Shown in pieces: positions 50,483-58,298 of a stretch of DNA of 64,000 nt. Origin of the DNA: Spirochaetaceae bacterium (GTDB lineage Bacteria; Spirochaetota; Spirochaetia; DSM-2461); assembly GCA_051531975.1 (NCBI GenBank), contig JAOPTT010000009.1, positions 128,001-192,000 of the forward strand, read 5' to 3'. The translations under genes and the position numbers were made by a program. The notes beneath the pieces are model-generated. The model was not told the DNA's origin. It did not search any database and saw only the letters and a program-made list of their open reading frames with translations. Every line of letters begins with the position of its first letter. Position 1 is the first letter of the stretch.

Positions 50483-51855
50483 AAACATTTAAATTATTTC
50501 TTCTAATATTCATTATTTTTTTAATTGGAACTATGGGTTATGTGATAATAGAGGATTGGAGTGTATTTGACTCTTTTTATATGACTGCTATATCGATAAC
50601 CACCGTTGGTTTTGGTGAGACGAAACCCCTATCTGAAACGGGTAAAATTTTCACTGTTATATTGATATTTGTTGGACTTGGAGCAGCGGCTGTTTTTGCC
50701 TCCCATTTAGCTAAGGCATTTTTAGAAAATCATTTCAGAAACTTTTTTGGAGCAAGTAAAATGTTAAAAAAGATAAACCGATTAAAGGATCATTATATTA
50801 TATGTGGATATGGCGGTGTTGGTAGTGCTATTTGTACTACATTAAGCGATGCTGGAATAAAATTTGTTGTTGTAGAACAAGATGAGGATACAGCTGGATG
50901 GGCTGAGAAACGAAATTACATGACTGTTATTGGTAAAGCTACATACGATTCAACTCTTATTCAAGCAGGAATTAAAAACGCCAAAGGCATCGTTGTTAGT
51001 ATGGGAGACGATTCTCTTAATATGTTTGTTTCTTTAGCAGCAAGGGAGCTTAATCCTGATATATTTATTATTGCTAGAGGGTATAAAGCGGGAATTGAGG
51101 GCCGACTTGTAAGAGCTGGTGCAAATACTGTTGTTTATCCTATAAAAATGGGGGGAGAGCAGATTGCTCACCTAATAAAAAGACAACTTCACTCCACTGA
51201 TATTAAAGTTGAAGCTACTGGCCTAAGTAGCTCTGTAATGGGGTATAATCTTAAACTTTATAAACACTATAACGAAGATGAAGCAACAATAGCTGATGTT
51301 GTCAAAAGAATGAAAGCCTTAAATGCGGTCTCCTTAATTAAGAAAGGTCAAACCGATGAGATTACCAAACCAGAAGATGACTTAATTGTTCATCAGGATG
51401 ATAATGTTTTATTAGTAATCGAAGAGTACCAGAAAGAGGATCCAAAAGTTAAAGCGAACTCTCTGTTTTTCTGGAAAGAGAAATATGAACTTGGTTTAGA
51501 CCAGACTGATCTGGAACATAAAGAACTCTTTAAGATTAGTGCAGAATTTGTTGAAGCCGTTAAAAGTGGGGCAGAGAAAGATATTGTAACTCGATGTTTT
51601 AATAGATTATTAGATCAAACTATTGAGCACTTTGATAACGAAGAAAAACTATTTACACAGTATAATTATGATGATAAAAAGCATCATCTAATAACTCATA
51701 AAAAGTTATTAACTAGTTTAAATAGTATAAATAAAAATAGAGATTATAACTTTAGTTTAGGTGTAGAGGAGTTCTTGTTTAAAAACCAGGTTTCTCATAT
51801 TCTAGAAGAAGACAAAAAATTTGTAGATTATGTAAAGGAGAATTTCCATGGCTAA
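50479..51855 (+). CDS. 2-TM potassium channel with RCK (TrkA-N) domain and C-terminal bacteriohemerythrin domain
   Basis: Filter TTVGFGE; HYIICGYGGVG; C-terminal W...Y.LG...D.EH, HFDNEE, HLITH, HILEED. Confidence 0.9.
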   Translation: MKTFKLFLLIFIIFLIGTMGYVIIEDWSVFDSFYMTAISITTVGFGETKPLSETGKIFTVILIFVGLGAAAVFASHLAKAFLENHFRNFFGASKMLKKINRLKDHYIICGYGGVGSAICTTLSDAGIKFVVVEQDEDTAGWAEKRNYMTVIGKATYDSTLIQAGIKNAKGIVVSMGDDSLNMFVSLAARELNPDIFIIARGYKAGIEGRLVRAGANTVVYPIKMGGEQIAHLIKRQLHSTDIKVEATGLSSSVMGYNLKLYKHYNEDEATIADVVKRMKALNAVSLIKKGQTDEITKPEDDLIVHQDDNVLLVIEEYQKEDPKVKANSLFFWKEKYELGLDQTDLEHKELFKISAEFVEAVKSGAEKDIVTRCFNRLLDQTIEHFDNEEKLFTQYNYDDKKHHLITHKKLLTSLNSINKNRDYNFSLGVEEFLFKNQVSHILEEDKKFVDYVKENFHG

Positions 51856-52108
51856 TGTTGTTATGTATTCAAAAAAAGTATGTCCATATTGTGTTAGAGC
51901 AAAAGGATTGTTAAAAGCTAAAGGTGTGGAAGTTGTAGAGATTTCTATAGAAGGCGATATTTCAAAAAGAGAAGAGATGTTATCAAAATCTAATGGTGCT
52001 ATGACAGTTCCACAAATATTTATTGATGATTTTCATGTTGGTGGATGTGATGATCTATTTGCCTTAGAAGCTAAAGGTGAGCTTAATAAACTACTTTCCG
52101 TTTCTTAA
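51848..52108 (+). CDS. grxC: Glutaredoxin 3
   Basis: CPYC, TVPQIFI, GGCDDL. Confidence 0.95.
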   Translation: MANVVMYSKKVCPYCVRAKGLLKAKGVEVVEISIEGDISKREEMLSKSNGAMTVPQIFIDDFHVGGCDDLFALEAKGELNKLLSVS

Positions 52109-52865
52109 AAATCTGTGTAAAAAATCGTAAAAAGACTTTTCTATTTGTAAGCCATTGAATTGAGACACCGTTTTTACTGTTTTTTAACATGGCTTTAACT
52201 AGAAATAATGAAACATCTTCTACCCTATCTGCTAGGATGTTATATATTTTTATTACTTTATCTTTCTCATTTTTATCTTCAGGTAGAGAGGATAAAAGTA
52301 GATCGGTAACTACCATTCCCGGACTTAACAGACCTATTTTTACATTGCTACCTTTGACCTCTTTTGCTGCAGATTTTGTAAAGTAGGTTAGTGCTCTTTT
52401 TGTCATACCATAGAAGCTCATATTAGCTGTCATCATGTCGTTACTTCCATAACCTTCCATATTATAGATATAACCACCTTTTTCTGACATTCCTCTGCTG
52501 GCTATTTGTGTTCCATAAAGAACAGCCTTAATATTTAGATCTATTATCTGATTCATTTTATTAAGATCATGGTCAGTTACTGACTGTCTATTTTGACTCA
52601 TCCCTGCATTATTAATCCAGATATCTACAGAACCAAAATATCTATTTGCTTCCCAAAACATTCTAGATACAGAGTTATAACATGTTACATCACAGGCGTA
52701 AACATGAATAAAGTTACCTGGGAATTCGGTACTTAGTTTCCCTGCAACTGTGGATGCAACCATTCTATCTCGGCCATTAATCAGAACATTATGACCATGT
52801 TTTAAGAACTCTCTAACAAGTCCTAAACCAATTCCTCGGGTGCTACCAGTAATTACTACATTCAT
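52083..52865 (-). CDS. Short-chain dehydrogenase/reductase
   Basis: TGSTRGIG, WINNAG, YGMTK. Confidence 0.92.
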   Translation of the reverse strand: MNVVITGSTRGIGLGLVREFLKHGHNVLINGRDRMVASTVAGKLSTEFPGNFIHVYACDVTCYNSVSRMFWEANRYFGSVDIWINNAGMSQNRQSVTDHDLNKMNQIIDLNIKAVLYGTQIASRGMSEKGGYIYNMEGYGSNDMMTANMSFYGMTKRALTYFTKSAAKEVKGSNVKIGLLSPGMVVTDLLLSSLPEDKNEKDKVIKIYNILADRVEDVSLFLVKAMLKNSKNGVSIQWLTNRKVFLRFFTQIFKKRKVVY

Positions 52866-53076
52866 ACTAACTCCTACTATTAACTATATGTTCAAAACTA
52901 TAATTAGTAAAACTGTTTTTGATACTACTTTGTATAGCTTTAAATGGATCTTATTAAAAATTATTGACTACTACTTTAATCACAATTATGAATTATATAT
53001 AGGATATGAAAAAAGTTTGATTAAAAGAGAGGAATATAAAAACAGTATTAACATACATAAAACATGGAGAGTTCAG

Positions 53077-54438
53077 ATGAAAAAGTTCGATATTATAATA
53101 ATAGGTACAGGTCAGGCAACAGGTATAATAATGCCAGAACTATTAAAAGGAAATCTAAATATAGCAGTTATTGAATGTGATAAAGCTGGGGGTACATGTG
53201 TTAATTGGGGTTGTACACCTACAAAAACTTTAATTGCTAGTTCCAGGGCTGCCTATATGGCAAAAAGAGGAGCCGATTTTGGTGTTGATATCAGTGAGTT
53301 TAAGATTAATTTTACTAAGGTAATGCATAGAGTGAACAGTATAAGAGTTCCAGCTACTGATGGTTATAAAAGCTGGCTTAGTTCTGTTGCAACCTATTAC
53401 CAATTTGAAGCAAAATTTGTTGATGACCATAAAATACAGGTTGGGGAAGAGATAATCTATGGAGATAAAATAATTATCCACACTGGAACTAGGTCTAGAG
53501 TTCCAAAAATACCTGGTATTGATACTGTGCCATGGTTAGATAATAAGGGTATATTAGCATTAAAAGAGTTACCTAAACATCTTATTGTTATTGGTACTTC
53601 TTACATCGGTTTAGAGTTTGGTCAGGCTTTTTCTAGGTTAGGAAGCAAAATCTCAGTTCTTGGAATAGGAGGTAGAATACTATCTAGAGAAGATCCAGAT
53701 ATTAGTAGTATAGCTTATGATATACTAAATGATGAAGGTTTAGAGTTTCATCTAGAATCAAGTATACAATCAATGGAGAAATCCTCCATAGGGGTAAAAA
53801 TCCACTATATTCAAGATGGTATAGATAAAGTTATGGAGGGTTCACACATCCTCTTTGCCATTGGTCGAGTTCCTAATAGCGATGGTTTAGATCTTCCTAA
53901 AGCTGGAGTAAAAGTTGATAAAAGAGGTTTTATAGAAGTTGATGACTATACTCAGACAAATATTCCACACATTTATGCAATAGGCGATGTAAATGGCCAG
54001 GGTGCTTTTACCCATACGTCTGTACATGATGGCCAGGTTTTTACTGAACACTTAAGTGGAGGAACTAGAAAAATAAGTGATAGGATTCCTATTCATTCCA
54101 TGTTTATGGATCCACCTTTAGCCAGGGTTGGGTTAACCCAAACGGAAGCTATGACTACAGGGAAAAATGTAATGATGGCTACTAAAAAAATGAGTACTAT
54201 TAGTAGAGCACAAGAGAAGGATGAAACAAAAGGACTTATTAAACTATTAATAGATGTTGATACCAAATTAATACTAGGAGCCACAATTTTAGGTGTTGGA
54301 GGGGATGAGATAATAGGTATGGTTGCCCTTGCTATGATAGCCAAACTTCCTTATACCGTTTTACAAGAGACCGTTTTACCACATCCAACTGTATCTGAAC
54401 TAATACCATGGATATTTAACGATCTACAAAAAGTATAA
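53077..54438 (+). CDS. Class I pyridine nucleotide-disulfide oxidoreductase (MerA/RclA/Lpd-like)
   Basis: ATG 53077 after GGAG; IIGTGQA, GGTCVNWGCTPTK, AIGDV, HPTVSE; no C-terminal Cys pair. Confidence 0.88.
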   Translation: MKKFDIIIIGTGQATGIIMPELLKGNLNIAVIECDKAGGTCVNWGCTPTKTLIASSRAAYMAKRGADFGVDISEFKINFTKVMHRVNSIRVPATDGYKSWLSSVATYYQFEAKFVDDHKIQVGEEIIYGDKIIIHTGTRSRVPKIPGIDTVPWLDNKGILALKELPKHLIVIGTSYIGLEFGQAFSRLGSKISVLGIGGRILSREDPDISSIAYDILNDEGLEFHLESSIQSMEKSSIGVKIHYIQDGIDKVMEGSHILFAIGRVPNSDGLDLPKAGVKVDKRGFIEVDDYTQTNIPHIYAIGDVNGQGAFTHTSVHDGQVFTEHLSGGTRKISDRIPIHSMFMDPPLARVGLTQTEAMTTGKNVMMATKKMSTISRAQEKDETKGLIKLLIDVDTKLILGATILGVGGDEIIGMVALAMIAKLPYTVLQETVLPHPTVSELIPWIFNDLQKV

Positions 54439-54531
54439 TGTAAGCAACAATCTCTACTACTTTAGTATTGTTTTATGGTGATAATATTAAATTTAATTGA
54501 CTAGAATATTAATCTGCATTACCAATAATAT

Positions 54532-55275
54532 ATGAAATATAAAGTAGTTAGTTTAAAAGAGAGATACGACCTATTTGAGAAATCAGATGAACTGAATATG
54601 GAAGCCTGGGATGAGTTTATGTTACACGACCCAGTAGCAGATGAGAACTGGATGACATTTATTGATGCATATAAAGATTATCAACTTATTATTTTAGATG
54701 AAAATGATGAGATGGCAGCAAGTATGGTTTCTGTACCAATAAAATATGATGGTGATATAAAAGATCTTCCTGATGAGGGATGGGATTGGGCTGTAAAAAA
54801 ATCAATATCTGATCTTAATGATGGATTAATAGCAAATATATTAGTTGGTCTTCAAATTGTTGTATATGACAAATACCGAGGTAAGGGGTTAAGCTCCATT
54901 GCAGTAAAAGAGATGGCAAAACTTGGTAAAGAAAAGGGCTTTAAAAATCTAGTAATACCTGTAAGACCTAGTGATAAACACAAATATCCTTTGGTTGATA
55001 TGGAACAGTATATCACTTTTAAAAACGATAAAGATCTTCCATTAGATAACTGGTTAAGAGTTCATGTAAAAGCTGGAGGTAACATTATTAATGTTTGTAC
55101 ACATGCAATGGAAATACCTGGGACTATAAAGGATTGGTCTGAATGGACTGGACTTAAATTTCCAATTAGTGGTCCATATATAATAAAAGGTGCACTGAAT
55201 CCCGTTCTGTTTAATGTAGAGAAAGACAGTGGGATTTATATAGAACCAAATGTATGGATTTTACATAAGCTATAA
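54532..55275 (+). CDS. GNAT-like acetyltransferase
   Basis: YRGKGLS, PVRP..K..YP, DNWLRVH..GG, YIEPNVW. Confidence 0.75.
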   Translation: MKYKVVSLKERYDLFEKSDELNMEAWDEFMLHDPVADENWMTFIDAYKDYQLIILDENDEMAASMVSVPIKYDGDIKDLPDEGWDWAVKKSISDLNDGLIANILVGLQIVVYDKYRGKGLSSIAVKEMAKLGKEKGFKNLVIPVRPSDKHKYPLVDMEQYITFKNDKDLPLDNWLRVHVKAGGNIINVCTHAMEIPGTIKDWSEWTGLKFPISGPYIIKGALNPVLFNVEKDSGIYIEPNVWILHKL

Positions 55276-55300
55276 GGGGAGGGGGGATCTCCCCCCTATA
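55271..55300. terminator. Probable bidirectional terminator hairpin between convergent genes
   Basis: G/C-rich inverted repeat tataaggggag...ctcccccctata. Confidence 0.55.
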
Positions 55301-55305
55301 TGGAA

Positions 55306-55758
55306 CTATCCTATTAGATTTCGTTTTGCGATACCTTTTAAAGGTTCTGTTACAAGTAATAAAAATACAACTCCATAGAAAATTGATATGCAAACAACTC
55401 CAGTATTTCTTCCAACAGAGGAAATATCTTCTAAGTTAGCCATCATACCAATAACTCCTATAAATACTGCAACAATTGCACCAACAATAGTTAAATTTCT
55501 AAGCAGGGAATAATATGATACTGCTTGTTCCAATGACTTTTTATCACCTGTACCTATAGGTTTAAATATCTCCTTATTAAACTCTCTTTGGATTTTAAAG
55601 GGATAGATAAAAGATGATATAAAAAATGGTAAGATTGGAACAAATATTAGTGTTGGGATATCTAGGTATAGAAGTATTGAATTTCCTCCAGAAATTATCC
55701 CCCAAAAAACAATAATTAGTGCAAATAATAATGATATAAAATACTTTGTTTTAGTCAT
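55306..55758 (-). CDS. Small membrane protein related to the MotA/TolQ/ExbB channel family
   Basis: YLDIPTLIFV and IGVIGMMANLEDISSVGRNTGVVCISIFYG resemble MotA/PomA TM segments. Confidence 0.6.
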   Translation of the reverse strand: MTKTKYFISLLFALIIVFWGIISGGNSILLYLDIPTLIFVPILPFFISSFIYPFKIQREFNKEIFKPIGTGDKKSLEQAVSYYSLLRNLTIVGAIVAVFIGVIGMMANLEDISSVGRNTGVVCISIFYGVVFLLLVTEPLKGIAKRNLIG

Positions 55759-56038
55759 TAGACTCTCCTTTGTTTTGCATATAGTAGGCAGAATTAAGAA
55801 TTACCCGGGTAAAACTCTCCTTAAAACTATCTCTATAATATTTTGATATCCCTACTTTTCTTATTTCTGAATCATAAGAACTAGGTAGAGATACTAATAC
55901 CATGGAAGCAACAGCCATAGCCGTTAATAAGATATTATCCCATGGTTTATTAACCTTTTTACTATTAAAAGTAGGCATAGGAGGAGTTGTTATATTTAGT
56001 ACTTCGTTTTCATAATAGTTTTTAATACTGTCTTTCAT
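55751..56038 (-). CDS. Small single-TM protein, probable anti-sigma factor
   Basis: One TM (ILLTAMAVASMVLVSL); overlaps the ECF sigma gene; ATG 56038 after GGAG. Confidence 0.55.
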   Translation of the reverse strand: MKDSIKNYYENEVLNITTPPMPTFNSKKVNKPWDNILLTAMAVASMVLVSLPSSYDSEIRKVGISKYYRDSFKESFTRVILNSAYYMQNKGESND

Positions 56039-56552
56039 ATTTCCCACTCCTTTCCATTATACTTTTAATTTTTTTTCTAGAACAGGACATTCTGAATTTC
56101 AATGTTCCTATTGGTACTCCTGTGATCTCAGAGATCTCTCTATAGTTTTGTTCCTCGTAATAATAGAGGTATATAAGTTCTCTATCGTAAGATTTTAATT
56201 CACCTATAGCATGTCTAATAGTGTTCTGATCATACTCCCTCATAAACAGAGTTTCAGGTGTCTCATCTGTCGGTATTTCATGATCATCAATATCCACACT
56301 TTGAATTGAGATCTTTCTAATTTCATCAATTTGGGTATTTCTAGCTATTGTATATATCCATGTGGAAAATGCGTATTTAGGATTGTATTGGTCTAGTTTA
56401 GTGAATACTTTTAATAAAATCTCAGAGACTTTATCTTGGGTATCAGTAATGTAAGGGAAGAGTTGTTTGAGGTATACCTGAAGTTTAGGGTGATAAGTCA
56501 CCCATATATCTTCCTGTATCCTCGCTCTGTTTTTGTTATTTATTTTTTCCAT
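56022..56552 (-). CDS. ECF RNA polymerase sigma factor
   Basis: Region 2 FSTWIYTIARN..ID; region 4 YREISEITGVPIGTLKFRM. Confidence 0.9.
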   Translation of the reverse strand: MEKINNKNRARIQEDIWVTYHPKLQVYLKQLFPYITDTQDKVSEILLKVFTKLDQYNPKYAFSTWIYTIARNTQIDEIRKISIQSVDIDDHEIPTDETPETLFMREYDQNTIRHAIGELKSYDRELIYLYYYEEQNYREISEITGVPIGTLKFRMSCSRKKIKSIMERSGKYERQY

Positions 56553-56597
56553 TCACCTATATTATGCGTATAAATGTAGAAATGGTTGGAACTTTTT

Positions 56598-57518
56598 TTA
56601 ATTATTTTTTATATAGTGACCGAATAGCAGTTCTACTTCTGGATATATAGATTTAAATTCCATTATCTGATCAAAATACTCTTGAGCTTTTTCTACATCT
56701 CTAGAATACATACCAGGTCCAACACCAGAAGTTATATTGTCTATAAAGTTAACTTGATCTCCAGTCATAAGGTAGGGTCCATTGGTACTATTTATTAAAT
56801 AACTAACATGTCCAGTAGAATGCCCATTTGTATTTATTGCATATATAGAACCATCGCCAAATACATCTAATACGCTACTAAATGGGTATAAGGCCTTCCC
56901 TTGTTCAAAGTCTAGCTCTTTTATTTCTGTAACTTTGTCTAAGTGGGTAGTTCTATAAAGAGGCGGTAGGTCAATGTCATCCTCTGATTTCCCTACAACA
57001 ATTGGAAAGGTTGGTTCTAGATCACTTAGTCCTGCAGAGTGATCAAAGTGAAGGTGTGTAAAAAACATTCCATCTAATTTTATGTTATTGTCAGATAGAC
57101 GTTTATATATACTTTTATTTGTTGCATTTTGCCCATCTGGAGTAAAAAGTGGCTTTAATAGACCTTTTACATTTGTATATTTATTTTTTTCATAGGACTT
57201 ATCTAGACCAGAATCTACTAAAAAAGTTCCATTATCTTTAGATTTGATAAGATATACAGGTACATCTACAAACATCTTTTTACTTTCATATTTAGGTGCG
57301 TCTTTATGTTTTAAATTAATTATGCCTTTAATAACAACCTCTAGTTGTCCTGTATTCCATGTCTCTACAGTTATATCTTTTGGTCTACTAAATATTTCAT
57401 CCCAGTTGTCAACTTTTGGTGATTCAGCTGAATAGTTTGATCTTTTATGAGGTGTAGAACAACCCATAACCACGATTGAAAGTAGTATGAATAGTACAAC
57501 TTTATTATTTAATTTCAT
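56598..57518 (-). CDS. Metallo-beta-lactamase fold hydrolase, AHL-lactonase-like, probable lipoprotein
   Basis: ATG 57518 after AAGGAG; lipobox-like VVMGC; THLHFDH, GHSTGH, GD, GH. Confidence 0.85.
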   Translation of the reverse strand: MKLNNKVVLFILLSIVVMGCSTPHKRSNYSAESPKVDNWDEIFSRPKDITVETWNTGQLEVVIKGIINLKHKDAPKYESKKMFVDVPVYLIKSKDNGTFLVDSGLDKSYEKNKYTNVKGLLKPLFTPDGQNATNKSIYKRLSDNNIKLDGMFFTHLHFDHSAGLSDLEPTFPIVVGKSEDDIDLPPLYRTTHLDKVTEIKELDFEQGKALYPFSSVLDVFGDGSIYAINTNGHSTGHVSYLINSTNGPYLMTGDQVNFIDNITSGVGPGMYSRDVEKAQEYFDQIMEFKSIYPEVELLFGHYIKNN

Positions 57519-57531
57519 GTTAATCTCCTTA

Positions 57532-57549
57532 ATACCGACTGTTCGGTAT
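57532..57549. promoter_or_regulatory. TetR operator (perfect 7-4-7 palindrome)
   Basis: ATACCGA-CTGT-TCGGTAT just upstream of the MBL gene SD. Confidence 0.75.
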
Positions 57550-57568
57550 GTTTTAATGATAAAAAAAA

Positions 57569-58156
57569 TTATTTTAATCCTTTTACTATAAGTGTTGAGA
57601 TCGAATCCCAACTACTAACCTCATCTATTTCTACAGCGCCTAAAATCTTCTGTTTTACAATTCCCATCACTGATATATTTAATAGATTTGCTAATGATGC
57701 ATTATCCATAGTTTTATTGTTGTAATAATTTAATAACTTTTCTGCAAAATTAAGTAAGAAGTTAAATACTAAATTATGAGAGGTTGATAATGCATCGTTC
57801 ATCTCACTATTTTTATATGTCTCTATCTCCATCATGTGCAAAAACTTAACCTTAGATCTGTTTTTAAGGCTACTACTAATAAATAGATGTCCCATTTCTC
57901 TTATGGTATTTTCAGTTATCGTTATATTTTCTAGATTCTCCCATACATCTTGCTGAGAATTACACTGTGTCTCAACTAGTATGTCTAATAACTGTTTTTT
58001 AGAGTCAAAATGCCAGTAAAGTCCACCCTTTGTTATTTTAGCTTTCTTACAAATATCATCAATACTTGTTCCTGAGTATCCTTTATGTGTAAAGCAATAA
58101 AGTGCAACATCAAGTATCTCTTGACGCCTTACTTCTTTAGGTTTATTTTCTGCCAT
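57569..58156 (-). CDS. TetR/AcrR family transcriptional regulator
   Basis: ILDVALYCFTHKGYSGTSIDDICKKAKITKGGLYWHFDSK. Confidence 0.93.
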   Translation of the reverse strand: MAENKPKEVRRQEILDVALYCFTHKGYSGTSIDDICKKAKITKGGLYWHFDSKKQLLDILVETQCNSQQDVWENLENITITENTIREMGHLFISSSLKNRSKVKFLHMMEIETYKNSEMNDALSTSHNLVFNFLLNFAEKLLNYYNNKTMDNASLANLLNISVMGIVKQKILGAVEIDEVSSWDSISTLIVKGLK

Positions 58157-58162
58157 ATAGCA

Positions 58163-58191
58163 AACATACTGCCTGGTCGGTATTTTGTCAA
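58163..58191 (-). promoter_or_regulatory. Sigma70 promoter of tetR with embedded second operator
   Basis: Minus strand TTGACA-17-TATGTT; operator ATACTGC-CTGG-TCGGTAT at 58166-58183. Confidence 0.7.
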
Positions 58192-58245
58192 TAGAAAGAA
58201 TTCCTCTTAATAGTAATAATTACCATTAAATCGATCTAAAAGGTG

Positions 58246-58274
58246 TTGCAAATAAATAAATTAGGTTGGATAAT
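58246..58274 (+). promoter_or_regulatory. Candidate sigma70 promoter of the suf operon
   Basis: TTGCAA-17-GATAAT upstream of the AAGGA SD. Confidence 0.5.
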
Positions 58275-58298
58275 TAAAGTTAGGCAAGGATAATAGTA

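Noticed and set aside
52840..53076. 79-aa N-terminal extension of the oxidoreductase in the ORF track (likewise extensions starting at 3439, 6602, 26747, 43161 and 57611)
   Set aside because: Downstream ATGs have good SD or coupling and match the family N-termini; the extensions overlap neighbouring genes or regulatory DNA
53077..54438. Mercury resistance (merA) together with the MerR at 6258
   Set aside because: No C-terminal Cys pair and no merT/merP; the MerR is 47 kb away with its own adjacent target
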